Of a DNA stretch of 64,000 bases, positions 29,865-42,187 are shown piece after piece; the first letter of the stretch is position 1, and the number at the start of each line of letters is the position of its first letter. Below the pieces are notes generated by a model. It was given only the letters and a program-made list of their open reading frames with translations, was not told the DNA's origin and ran no database searches. The position numbers and the translations under genes are program-made. Origin of the DNA: Macrostomum lignano (Eukaryota); the NCBI GenBank assembly GCA_002269645.1, contig NIVC01002291.1, positions 186,001-250,000 on the forward strand, in the 5' to 3' direction.

Positions 29865-30193
29865 GGCAGGGGCTGTGCGCACCCTGGCGCACTTTAAGCG
29901 ACATTGTCACACAACCGGCGAGAGGCATTGCTGCCCATTTCGCCGACTTCTCTGAGCAGGCACACAAGCGCGCGGATACGTACGCAGTCATACGCACAGG
30001 CACACACTCACACAGGAGTGTACAGCGGCCCTAACTTTATTTATCGTTCAGCATGTACACTTCACTGTGCCTTGGGGGTTGGCCATCAAGGCCGTTAATT
30101 GCACGAGCAGAGCCAAGCCGAGATTCCAATTTAGCCCCAAATTAATGCGACTGCACTTGGAATCGAGCCTGGGCCGCTGGCACATGAGAGCGG
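29865..30193 (-). mobile_element. tRNA-derived SINE, copy 2 (5'-truncated)
   Basis: Reverse complement of the 19715 and 47178 copies; lacks the A-box end. Confidence 0.85.
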
Positions 30194-30570
30194 TAGAATG
30201 AGACACATGAGAAGGCTAAATTGATTATAAACTGTACAATAAGGGATATGGGAAATATCTTCGTCCCGGCGCAGCAAATAGAAATTGTCAGTGAGGAATA
30301 AGTTTAGTAAGTGTCAACTACTCTGTGAGAGAAGGCGAAGCACTTTAAGCTTTCAATAGATTTCCATAACTTTTCAAGTGTTAAAGTCCTTAGCTAATGA
30401 TTTAGCAGTGCACAGCGTCGGCTTGAGTTTGGTAAGTCAGTGTCCATCTAGTTCAGTTAGCTAGTAATAGAATCCAATTGCATTTGATTATTAGCTGCTT
30501 TGGCTTTCACGTACCAACACGTCGCTCACTCCATCCATCCTGAGCAGCGGCTGGCTTATCAACTGTTGCC

Positions 30571-31305
30571 ATGGTGATGGACAACCGGCCCTGTCACACT
30601 ATCTACGTGAACAATCTGAACGATCGCGTGAAGAAATCCGATTTAAAAGCTGGCTTATATTACCTGTTTAATCAGTTCGGCAAGGTGGTCGATCTTGTCG
30701 CCATGAAGACGCCGAGTATGCGCGGCCAGGCATTTATTGGCTACAAAGACATCAGCCATGCCACGGTTGCTGTGCGATCTCTGCAGGGCTTCCTGCTGTT
30801 TGACAAGCCAATGCGGCTGCAGTTCGCCAAGCGAGACTCCACTGTTGTTAAACGGCTCAAAGGGGGCACCGCGCTTGATAAGAAATCCGCTGGCAAAGCC
30901 GCCGCCGCAGCCGCCTCAGCTGCCGCCGCCGGCTCGCAGGATGAAGCTGACAAGCGCAAGAAGAAGATCACCATCCGGATGATGACGGACGCTGAATCGG
31001 CTGCTGCCGCCGCATCGGCCGCTGCCGCTTCATCTGAGGCTGAAGAGCCAATGGAGGAACAGGAAGGAGAGGCCAACAATGTGCTGCTATTGAACAACCT
31101 ACCCGACGAGACCACTGCCGAGATGTTGCAGATGTTGTTCTCTCAGGTGGACGGACTTAAAGAGGCCAGGTGCATCGATGGCCGGCCCGATGTGGCTTTT
31201 ATTGAATACGAGACCGAGGAGCAGGCCAAGTCCGCCATGGACATTTATCAGGGCTTCAAAATCGATCACGAACACGCTATGCGTATCAGTTTTGCCAAGA
31301 AGTAG
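30571..31305 (+). CDS. SNRPB2: Second U1A/U2B''/SNF-family protein, U2B''-like; intronless CDS
   Basis: HTIYVNNLNDRVKKSDLKAGLYYLFNQFGKVVDLVAMKTPSMRGQAF...RSLQGF..FDKPMRLQFAKRDS, and RRM2 NNVLLLNNLP...RPDVAFIEY...MRISFAKK. Family assignment is firm; the U2B'' sub-assignment rests on the beta2/loop3 residues. Confidence 0.88.
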   Translation: MVMDNRPCHTIYVNNLNDRVKKSDLKAGLYYLFNQFGKVVDLVAMKTPSMRGQAFIGYKDISHATVAVRSLQGFLLFDKPMRLQFAKRDSTVVKRLKGGTALDKKSAGKAAAAAASAAAAGSQDEADKRKKKITIRMMTDAESAAAAASAAAASSEAEEPMEEQEGEANNVLLLNNLPDETTAEMLQMLFSQVDGLKEARCIDGRPDVAFIEYETEEQAKSAMDIYQGFKIDHEHAMRISFAKK

Positions 31306-31356
31306 TGTGCTCATTGTCTGCTCCTGCTGCAATTAATTCCCTACTGTAGTCATTGG

Positions 31357-31975
31357 GCCTTCCCACACCCCAGTACTGAGCCTTCCCACACCCCAGTACC
31401 GAGCCTTCCCACACCCCAGTACCGAGCCTTCCCACACCCCAGTACTGAGCCTCCCCCACACCCAGTACTGAGCCTTCCCACACCCCAGTACTGAGCCTTC
31501 CCACACCCCAGTACCGAGCCTTCCCACACCCCAGTACCGAGCCTTCCCACACCCCAGTACCGAGCCTTCTCCACACCCCAGTACTGAGCCTTCTCCACAC
31601 CCCAGTACCGAGCCTTCCCACACCCCAGTACCGAGCCTTCCCACACCCCAGTACTGAGCCTCCCCACACCCAGTACTGAGCCTTCTCCACACCCCAGTAC
31701 TGAGCCTTCCCACAACCCCAGTACTGAGCCTTCCCACACCCCAGTACTGAGCCTCCCCACACCCCAGTACTGAGCCTCCCCACACCCCAGTACTGAGCCT
31801 CCCCACACCCCAGTACTGAGCCTTCCCACACCCCAGTACTGAGCCTCCCCACACCCCAGTACTGAGCCTTCCCACACCCCAGTACTGAGCCTTCCCACAC
31901 CCCAGTACTGAGCCTTCCCACACCCTAGTGCCAGTACTGAGCCTTCCCACACCCCAGTACTGAGCCTTCCCATAC
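31357..31975. repeat. 23-bp minisatellite (CCCCAGTACTGAGCCTTCCCACA)n, ~27 copies, ~50 bp after the U2B''-like stop codon
   Basis: Direct periodicity. Confidence 0.96.
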
Positions 31976-32624
31976 TCCAGTAACGAGCCCGACAGTACAT
32001 TTACACGTATTAAATACCCATTAATGATTGGGTTGTTCGTTTTTAGTAATAATACTGATTTTCGTGGCAGTGATGGCGTAAACTTTGAACTTTCGCATTT
32101 CTTTGTTAGTTTTGCTATTTCTCTCCCTTGTCGTTTCATCATGTTACTCATAATGCCTTGTAGTCGTCTAATTATAGTAGGCAAGTAGGAAAATTTTCTT
32201 ATAAATTGTTCCTAATATAAAGTCTGTTAGCTCCTTTCAACGACTTCTGTTCTCTATTGTCACTTGCTTGCTCTTCAATAAAACTAACCATTTGTTTCAC
32301 TTTATGACATTATTGTTTTGCCCTATGTTTATTTAACAAGCCAAGCGGAATTAAAAGTGTATTGTTAACCTCCTTTTCAGGAAGCAAAAAAATTGGAGCA
32401 AAAGAGTTTTCTAAGTAATTGAGGCTTTATTCATTTATTTATTTGCTTACAGTTTTGAGTAAAGACACATTCTATTTAGCCTACTTACAAGAGTAGAAAG
32501 AAGAAAATTTTTCATAGAAAACATTTTTTTTGAAACAATTATATTCGATTCGTAGCTTACTTAGACTACTGATGACAGTAGACAGTAGAACATTTTAAAA
32601 TAATTGTATTGGCATAATACCCCG

Positions 32625-35600
32625 ATGAAGCTAACAGTGACCACCCTGAGCGGCGAAGGCGCCGTTGCTCAAGTGGACGCCTCGCCGGACATGACCGTGT
32701 CCGAGCTGTTGGCCGTCTGCCGCGCTGAACTCCGCCTGCCGGCTGGCAACAACATAGTGCTGTTGCACAATGGCCAGCCGTTGAATTCGCCTCAGGCTAA
32801 ACTAAGCCAGGCTGGCGTCACTGACGGCGATATGATTATTGCTCAGCCTATGCCTAATCAACAGCAGATGCAGCAGCAACAGCAGAGGCAGCGGCAGCAG
32901 CCGGCTCGAGGAGGTGGCGGCGGCGGCGCTGCCGGCGGAATGCCGCTTATTGATTTTTCAGGCGTTCGGCTTGGCAGCGGAGGGAGCGGCGGCAGGCAGG
33001 CGCAGCCGCAGCGCCGGTTTGAGGTCCGGAGCAGTAGGGAGTAGTGATCATGAGGATAGGGAGTAGTGATCATGAGGATAGGGAATGGTGATCATGAAGA
33101 TAGGGAATGGTGATCATGAAGATAGGGAATGGTGATCATGAAGATAGGGAATGGTGATCATGAAGATAGGGAATGGTGATCATGAAGATAAGGAATGGTG
33201 ATCATGAAGATAGGGAATGGTGATCATGAAGATAGGGAATGGTGATCATGAAGATAGGGAATGGTGATCATGAGGATAGGGAATGCTGATCATGAAGATA
33301 GGGAATGCTGATCATGAGGATAGGGAATGGTGATCATGAGGATAGGGAATGGTGATCATGAAGATAGGGAATGGTGATCATGAGGATAGGGAATGGTGAT
33401 CATGAGGATAGGGAATGGTGATCATGAAGATAGGGAATGGTGATCATGAAGATAGGGAATGGTGATCATGAAGATAGGGAATGGTGATCATGAAGATAGG
33501 GAATGCTGATCATGAGGATAGGGAATGGTGATCATGAGGATAGGGAATGGTGATCATGAAGATAGGGAATGGTGATCATGAAGATAGGGAATGGTGATCA
33601 TGAGGATAGGGAATGGTGATCATGAAGATAGGGAATAGTGATCATGAGGATAGGGAATGGTGATCATGAGGATAGGGAATAGTGATCATGAAGATAGGGA
33701 ATGGTGATCATGAAGATAGGGAATGGTGATCATGAGGATAGGGAATGGTGATCATGAAGATAGGGAATAGTGATCATGAGGATAGGGAGTAGTGATCATG
33801 AGGATAGGGAATAGTGATCATGAAGATTAGGGAGCGAGGATAAGGGGATTATAAAAGCGCTAGGATAAGGGGATAGAATCGCTAGGATAAGGGGATAGAA
33901 TCGCTGAGATAAGGGGATAGAATCGCTAGGATAAGGGGATAGAATCGCTAGGATAAGGGGATAGAATCGCTGAGATAAGGGGATAGAATCGCTGGGATAA
34001 GAGATAGAATCGCTAGGATAAGGGGATAGAATCGCTGGGATAAGGGATAGATACGCTAGGATAAGGGGATAGAATCGCTAGGATAAGGGGATAGAATCGC
34101 TAGGATAAGGGGATAGAATCGCTGGGATAAGGGGATAGAATCGCTGGGATAAGAGATAGAATCGCTAGGATAAGAGATAGAATCGCTGGGATAAGGGATA
34201 GACTCGCTAGGATAAGGGGATAGAATCGCTGAGATAAGGGGATAGAATCGCTGAGATAAGGGGATTAGGGTAATGAGTCATGACAAAGACGCAGCTTGAT
34301 CGCATTGATCATTGACACCCATAAACACCAACTCCAGACTGACGAGGAAGCCTCGGCCGCGGTGGCCTCGAACCCGGAGATCCTTCGCCAAGCCCTGCTA
34401 TCGATGCCCGAACAGCTGGCCGCCCTTCGCCAACAGAATCCTCAGCTGGCCGACGCCGTGTCCGACCCGGACAGATTTGCCCAGCTTGTCCGAACGGCCC
34501 AGTCTGAGCGGTCACGCGCCGCCCAAGAGCGAGCCCGCCTGATGGCCGCCAATCCGTACGATCCCCGCGTGCAGCAGGAGATTCAGAGCCTCATACAGCA
34601 GCAGAATATCGATTCCAGCATGGAAACCGCACTGGAGCACATGCCCGAGGCCTTCGCCCCCGTCAATATGCTCTACATTGATGGTAAAGTGAGCTGCTGC
34701 TGGCCACACACTGCGGACTGCTTATTCAATATAGTCAGCCTTGTCTATCCATAATCCACTGAATCTAATTCATAATCTACTGACATCTAATTCATAATCC
34801 ACTTACATCTATTCATAATCCACTGGCATCTAATCCATAATCTACTGACATCTAATTCATAATCTACTGACATCTAATTCATAATCCACTGACATCTATT
34901 CATAATCCACTGGCATCTAATTCATAATCTACTGACATCTATTCATAATCCACTGACATCTAATTATAATCCACTGGCATCTAATTCATAATCTACTGAC
35001 ATCTATTCATAATCCACTGACATCTAATTATAATCCACTGGCATCTAATTCATAATCTACTGACATCTAATTCATAATCCACTGGCATCTAATTCATAAT
35101 CTACTGACATCTATTCATAATCCACTGGCATCTAATTCATAATCTACTGACATCTATTCATAATCCACTGACATCTAATTCATAATCTACTGACATCTAT
35201 TCATAATCTACTGACATCTATTCATAATCCACTGGCATCTATTCATAATCCACTGACATCTAATTCGTAATCCACTGACATCAGATCCATAATCCACTGA
35301 CATCAGATCCATAATCCACTGACATCTACTAATCGTTAAAAGATATCAAAGTCGTCAGAAGATGACCGAGAGGCATCTATAAATCAAGATACTGGTACAA
35401 TTTTTACATTAATCACAATATTCGTGTAACTTTGGCAAACCCGCCCAGGTGAATGGCCATCCGGTGAAGGCATTCGTAGACAGCGGCGCCCAGATGACAA
35501 TCATGTCGCTGCCCTGCGCCCAGCGCTGCAACGTTGAGCGCCTGATTGACAAGCGCTGGGCGGGCATCGCCAGAGGCGTCGGCACTCAGACCATTGTGGG

Positions 35601-38600
35601 CAGAATTCACCTCGGCCAGCTCCAGATAGGCGGCGACTATCTCGCTTGCAACTTTAGCGTGCTGCGAGACCAGAGCATGGACCTGCTGCTGGGCCTTGAC
35701 ATGCTCAAGAGGCACCAGTGCCTGCTGGACCTCAAGGTTTGATTGTTTCTTGCTTTTATCCCCGTGCTTCCCCTCTATCAGATCCCCATGCTTCGCCTGT
35801 ATCAGATCCCCCTGCTTCCCCTCTATCAGATTCCCATGCTTCCCCTCTATCAGATCCCCGTGCTTCCCCTCTATCAGATCCCCCTGCTTCCCCTTGACTT
35901 ACTTTGACTTAGCTGCAGGGCTGTCCCGAAGGGGACACAGCGGGAAGGCGCGGGCGCCCATTCCGCTAGTCCCTGAACGGCCGACGCGTCGCTATGGACG
36001 GAGGGTTGGCGCCGCCCAGGGAGGTCCCCCAGTGTCGCCAGCAGCTATGGTGCTCTCTGGAAAGGAGAGTTCAGCCCTGCGGGTGGCCCGAAGGTAGCGC
36101 ATGAGCTGATTAAAGTTTTCGGGTTTGCACGCTTCAGTAATAGATGTGTGTGGCCCGAGGTAAGTGAGTCTGGCCCGCGTGAAGGCGGGACAGATGCTGA
36201 CGAAATGCTCAGCGGTTTCGTCACCTGAGTTGCAGAAGCTACAGGTGGCGTTGGTGGCGTTGCCCTGCAGGTACTGGTGCCTGGAGAAGCAGCCGTGACC
36301 AGAGAGGGTCATGGTGGCAGCCCGGATGTCTCTGCGCGAGAGGCGCAAGAGGAGCTTCCGGAGCTGGTGAGAGGGCTGAGGGACAGCGCCTCTGGATTGC
36401 CTGCAGTTCGTGCGGTTCGCCCAAGTCGAGCGGTGCTGAGTCCTGATCCACGCTTTGATGCGCGAGTCGATGACACAGCCAGGAATCGGGACAAGAGGTT
36501 CGGGGCCGAGAGAGGAGCCGGAGGCACCAACTTTTGCAAGGGTGTCAGCCAACTCATTTCCTCGGATCCCCACATGCCCCGGAACCCACTTAAGGGTAAT
36601 TTTGTTGGCGGAACCCAACATGTTGAGGAGTTTGATACAGTCGAGGACTGTAGCAGAGTTGGTGCTGCAGCCACTGATGGCGTGCAAGGCAGCTTGGCTG
36701 TCCGAATGGAAAATGATGTTCTTACCAGTAACGCCAGTGGCGAGAAGCTCTGCAGTGCAGGAGCTGATGGCCAGAACTTCATTTTGGAAAACACTGGAGT
36801 TGACCCCAGTGTATTGAGCGTGGGTAGCGATGACCCTCCCGTTCAGAAAGATTCCAACACCAAAGCCGGTGTTGGCTGACTGCTTAGAACCGTCGGTGTA
36901 GCAATGAAGCTCACCAGGGTTCCATTGGTCATTGATGTTATCGCGCGAGTCGATAGCTACGGAGTAGCGCTGTCTCAGGTTGAGCGTTGAGGCAATGCCA
37001 TCGGTGAAGACGCGATTGGCCTGACACTCGTTGAGAAAGTTGAGGCACAGATCGCTATGCGGGACAAGGTTCCGCTTAGCAGGTGCTCTCATGTAAATGA
37101 ATTTGACGCCGGCATCAATTAGACGCCGCGTCGTTCTAGCCGCCTCACCCCTGATGAAGAGGTCAAGAGGCGGAAGATTAAGGAAGGCCCCCATGCCAGC
37201 AAAGGGCGTGGACCTGGTGGCGTTGCAGATGAGCCTACACGCTCTGCCTTGGATCGTGTTGAGCAGGTCTGCATGGCTTTTGACCTGGGTAGCGCTAACC
37301 CAGACAACAGAGGCGTACGTAATGGCAGGTCTAACTACGGAAGTATAGATCCACCAAAGCCGCTTTGGGGATAGATCCCAAGAAGTGCCAAGTGCTCGTC
37401 GGAGCTGGGCCAGGATGGCTGAGGCACGCTTGGCTTTTGCTTTCACGTGGGAGGACCAGTTGAGCCGGTGGTCAAGTATGACCCCGAGACATCTGGTCTG
37501 GTGCGCGAAGGCAATATCTCTGCCGTAGAGCTGCAGAGGACGTATGTTCCAGCGTAGTCTGCTGGTAAACATAATGGCAACGGTTTTGGGCTCAGAGAGT
37601 TCCAGACCATTGTCATTGGCCCAGGATTCTGCTTTGCGGATAAAGCTCTGCATCAGATCCCTGAGCGTGCTGGGAGACGGTCCTGCCACAATGGCCGTGA
37701 CGTCATCAGCATACCCGACTTTGAAGACGGGGTCGGGTCGGGAGTCACTCAAAAGAGCGTCCATGACCAGGTTCCAGAGCGTCGGGGTGAGGACTCCGCC
37801 TTGGGGTCCACCCTTACAGACTCTGGTGGAGGCAGTTTGCCCAAGAAGTTGGGCAGTGACCGTACGGTTGGAGATCATGTACATGATCCACCGTATGAGG
37901 GTAGCATGAGCTTTGCGATTTTGAAGGGCCCTCTGAAACGCTTCAAAGATAACGTTGTCGAAGGCGCCAACAATGTCAAGAAAGAGAGCCAGAGCGTAAC
38001 CGTCACCCAGTACCGCCCTTTCAATCTTCTCGACAATCGCATGCAGGGCGCTGTCAGTCGACCTCCCGGTACGGAAGGCGTGCTGATTATTGCTGAGGGG
38101 CATCGCTGTCAGCTCGCAGGACAGCAGCCGCCAGAGAATAAGCCTCTCAGTGAGCTTAAGCATTGCTGACGTTAAGCTAATAGGCCGGAAGGCCCCTGCT
38201 TCCCCTCTATCAGATCCCCCTGCTTCCCCTCTATCAGATCCCCGTGCTTCCCCTCTATCAGATCCGATGCTTCCCCTCTATCAGATCCCCATGCTTCCGC
38301 TATACCCTATCCCAGATCCCAATCCTGTCAAATCCCCAATCCTGTCAGATCCCCATGTTTCCCCTCTATCAGATTCCAATGCTTACCCTCTATCAGATTC
38401 CAATGCTTACCCTCTATCAGATCCCTATGCTTCCCCTTTATCAGACCCCTATGCTTCCCCTGTATCAGATCCCCATGCTTCCTCTATCCCCTATCCCAGA
38501 TCCCAATCATCTCAAATCCCCAATCCTGTCAGATCCCCATGTTTCCCCTCTATCAGATTCCCATGCTTCCCCTCTATCAGATCCCTATGCTTCCCCTCTA

Positions 38601-39574
38601 TCAGATCCCTATGCTTCCCCTGTATCGGATCCCCATGCTTCCTCTCTCCCCTATCCCAGATCCCAATTATCTTATATCCCCAATCTTCTCAAATCCCTAA
38701 TCCTGTCAGATCCCCAATTCTCTCAGATCCCCAATCCTGTCAGATCCCCAATTCTGTCAGATCCCCAATCCTGTCAGATCCCATTCCTGTCAGATCCCAT
38801 TCCTGTCAGATCCCCATCCTCATAGATCCCCAATCCTCCCAGACCCCCAATCCTCCCAGATCCCCAATCCTGTCAGATCCCCAATCCTCCCAGATCCCCA
38901 ATCCTCCCAGATCCTCATAGATCCCCAATCCTCCCAGATCCCCAATCCTCCCAGATCCTCATAGATCCCCAATCCTCCCAGATCCCCAATCCTCCCAGAT
39001 CCCCAATCCTGTCAGATCCCCAATCCTCCTAGATCCCCAATCCTCCCAGATCCCCATCCTCATAGATCCCCAATCCTCATAGATTCCAATCCTCCCAGAT
39101 CCCCATCCTCATAGATCCCCAATCCGCCCAGATCCCCATCCTCATAGATCCCCAATCCTCCCAGATCCCCATCCTCATAGATTCCTAATCCTCCCAGATC
39201 CCCATCCTCATAGACCCCCAATCCTCCCAGATCCCCAATCCTCCCAGATCCCCAATCCTCCCAGACCCCCAACCCTCTGACCAGCCCCGCCCCGCCGCCC
39301 GCAGTCGAACAAGCTGGTGATCGGCACTACAGGCACAGTCGCCCCGTTTCTATCCGAGGCCGACCTGCCCGAAGACGCCCGGGCCAGCGGCGGCGGCAGC
39401 GGCGGCGAGGGCGGCAAGCCGATCACCCAGGAGTCTATTGACGCCGTCGTAGCCGGAGGTCCCGACGGTACAACAGCCGACGATGCTCGAGAAGCGCTGA
39501 TGCACGCTCTAGGCGAGGTGGACGCCGCTATAGCCTTTCTGGTTGCTAAGCAGAGCGAGAGGTCCGGGCAGTGA
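32625..39574 (+). CDS. DDI1: DNA-damage-inducible protein 1 (UBL - helical domain - retroviral-like aspartyl protease - UBA), 4 exons
   Basis: Exons 32625-33023 (weak donor GTCCGG, least certain boundary), 34338-34688, 35449-35736, 39305-39574. [13 protein letters not shown]...GVTDGDMII; [13 protein letters not shown]|[21 protein letters not shown] (catalytic DSGA); [14 protein letters not shown]; C-terminal UBA-like [20 protein letters not shown]. Confidence 0.93.
33035..34265. repeat. Two abutting 22-bp purine-rich minisatellites, (GATAGGGAATGGTGATCATGAA)n at 33035-33825 and (TAGGATAAGGGGATAGAATCGC)n at 33835-34265, DDI1 intron 1
   Basis: Direct periodicity. Confidence 0.95.
34748..35330. 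repeat. 21/22-bp minisatellite (TCTAATTCATAATCCACTGACA)n, ~27 copies, DDI1 intron 2
   Basis: Direct periodicity. Confidence 0.95.
35758..39265. repeat. DDI1 intron 3 array: 24-bp (CAGATCCCCATGCTTCCCCTCTAT)n grading into 17/16-bp (CAGATCCCCAATCCTCC)n, interrupted by a LINE
   Basis: Direct periodicity on both sides of the LINE. Confidence 0.92.
35895..38192 (-). mobile_element. 5'-truncated non-LTR retrotransposon (RT + RNase H + CCHC; R1/LOA/I-group-like), antisense in DDI1 intron 3
   Basis: Uninterrupted 723-aa ORF (35992-38163): [38 protein letters not shown], RNase H YTDGSK...FQNEVLAI...SDSQAAL...[15 protein letters not shown], and CSFC-x8-H-x4-C. Short AAGTC/AAGT repeat tail; 14-bp TSD CCCCTGCTTCCCCT at 35881-35894 and 38193-38206. 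Confidence 0.95.
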
Positions 39575-40061
39575 AACAATTCTGTCCCAATCCTCACGCC
39601 GCAGGTGGGAAGACTCCGGGGAAACTAACACACTCGCTAGGGCCGAATTTCCCCTTAATCAGTTTGACAATTATATATCTGTATATTCCGAGAGCAAACT
39701 ATCCTATTGCTAATGTAAATTATTGGTTGCTCAAAAAATTGTTACAAACAGATCAGTTTGCTGCTTATTTAATTACAATAGCTGCTTTCTAATTGCTGTT
39801 TACTCAAGCGCTTGTTGAAAACCTGCCCCCGGTTTAGCATACTATTCCTTTCCTCCGTTTGTCTCTGTTTTTGTGTGTTTTTTCTAATTCTTTTTTAATT
39901 GTACCCTTGCAACACTGCGCTGGACCCTCCATTGCTAACTGTGCGCTTATTAACGATAATAATAAACGCAATAGGAGCGTTAAACATGGTACATATCAGG
40001 TTGCCTTTTTTCATTTGCCGGATTATTGTCTTCTTAGGATCTGATTGTGGCTTCTGAAATC

Positions 40062-40330
40062 ACTCAATTCACTTATAAACTCATGAACTCGCTCATAATT
40101 CACTTATAAACTCACGAACTCACTCATAATTCACTTATAAACTCACGAACTCACTCATAATTCACTTATAAACTCATGAACTCGCTCATAATTCACTTAT
40201 AAACTCATGAACTCGCTCATAATTCACTTATAAACACACGAACTCACTCATAATTCATTTATAAACACACGAACTCGCTCATAATTCACTTATAAACTCA
40301 TGAACTCACTCATAATTCATTTATAAACTT
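40062..40330. repeat. 31-bp minisatellite (CATAATTCACTTATAAACTCATGAACTCACT)n, ~8 copies, between DDI1 and SNX3
   Basis: Direct periodicity. Confidence 0.93.
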
Positions 40331-40519
40331 ATAAATTCATAAACTCACTAATCGTCTTTTGGGAATTTTCTAAATTGCATGCAAAACCTGTTTTAATCAG
40401 TAAATTGAAAATTTTTAAACACAAAGACATTGTTGTAGATTTTTGCAACAAGATTCGATAAATTAAAGTGACTATCCTATCAGCACTACTAGCCAATCGC
40501 GCAGAGCAGCAGTAGTATA

Positions 40520-42187
40520 ATGAGCACATCGACACAGAGCGCCGCTTCAATCCAGCGACTGCAGCACAAGCGCCAGACGCTCGACGACGCGTATTCGCCG
40601 CCCGCTAATTTTTTAGAAATCGACGTCTGCAATCCGGAGACGCACGGAGTTAACAAGGACCGCTACACGGACTATGAGGTCCGGATGCGCACTAACCTGC
40701 CCGTGTTCCGGCTCAAGGAGTCCTCGGTGCGTCGGCGCTACTCAGAGTTCGAGTGGCTTCGAGGCGAATTAGAGCGCGACTCGAAAATTGTGGTGCCGAA
40801 ACTTCCAGGTGAGATTGGCTGTCACAGTTAACAGCATTGATTGGTCCTTGTCGGGAGTCAAAATCGCATTTTATCTACCCCGAGACCCTTTGATCTTAGC
40901 CGCCAGCTAATTAGCATCACTTTGATCTCAGCCGCCAGCTAATTAGCATCACTTTGGTCTCAGCCGCCACCTAATTAGCATCACTTTGATCTCAGCCGCC
41001 ACCTAATTAGCATCAATTTGATCTCAGCCGCCACCTAATTAGCATCACTTTGATCTCAGCCGCCACCTAATTAGCATCACTTTGATCTCAGCCGCCACCT
41101 AATTAGCATCACTTTGATCTCAGCCGCCACCTTATTAGCATCACTTTGATCTCAGCCGCCACCTAATTAGCATCACTTTGATCTCAGCCGCCAGCTACAT
41201 GTAATTAGCATTACTTTGATCTTAGCCGCCACCTAATTAGCATCACTTTGATCTCAGCCGCCAGCTAATTAGCATCACTTTGATCTCAGCCGCCACCTAA
41301 TTAGCATTACTTTGATCTTAGCCGCCACCTAATTGGCATCACTTTGATCTTAGCCGCCACCTAATTAGCATCACTTTGATCTCAGCCGCCACCTAATTAG
41401 CATCACTTTGATCTCAGCCGCCAGCTGATTAGCATCACTTTGATCTCAGCCGCCAGCTACATGTAATTAGCATTACTTTGATCTTAGCCGCCAGCTAATT
41501 AGCATCACTTTGATCTCAGCCGCCACCTAATTAGCATCACTTTGATCTCAGCCGCCAGCTAATTAGCATCACTTTGATCTCAGCCGCCAGCTACATGTAA
41601 TTAGCATTACTTTGATCTTAGCCGCCACCTAATTAGCATCACTTTGATCTCAGCCGCCAGCTAATTAGCATCACTTTGATCTCACCCGCCACCTAATTAG
41701 CATCACTTTGATCTCAGCCGCCACCTAATTAGCATCACTTTGATCTCAGCCGCCAGCTAATTAGCATCACTTTGATCTTAGCCGCCACCTAATTAGCATC
41801 ACTTTGATCTTAGCCGCCACCTAATTAGCATCACTTTGATCTCAGCCGCCACCTAATTAGCATTACTTTGATCTTAGCCGCCACCTAATTAGCATCACTT
41901 TGATCTTAGCCGCCACCTAATTAGCATCACTTTGATCTTAGCCGCCACCTAATTAGCATCACTTTGATCCCGCAGGCAAGGCTCTCCGGCTTCAGCTGCC
42001 GTTTCGCGGTGGAGGCGACGGCCGCTTCGATGACGAATTCATCGAAGAGAGACGCCGCGGCCTCGAGGACTTCATCAACAAGGTGACCGGGCACCCCCTG
42101 GCCCAGAATGAGAAGTGCCTGCACATGTTCCTACAGGAGCAGACTGTTGACAGGGGCTACGTGCCCGGCAAAGTGCGAACCACTTGA
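40520..42187 (+). CDS. SNX3: Sorting nexin 3/12 (PX-only), 2 exons
   Basis: Exons 40520-40808 and 41976-42187 (phase 1). LDDAYSPPANFLEIDV, YTDYEVRMRTNLPVF, SSVRRRYSEFEWLR, VPKLPG|KAL..QLPF, FIEERRRGLEDFINKVTGHPLAQNEKCLHMFLQ. Confidence 0.95.
40888..41969. repeat. 32-bp minisatellite (CTTTGATCTCAGCCGCCACCTAATTAGCATCA)n, ~33 copies, SNX3 intron
   Basis: Direct periodicity; runs to within ~6 bp of the acceptor. Confidence 0.97.

Noticed and set aside
36277-38169. Plus-strand ORFs overlapping the LINE
   Set aside because: Antisense shadows of the GC-rich RT ORF.
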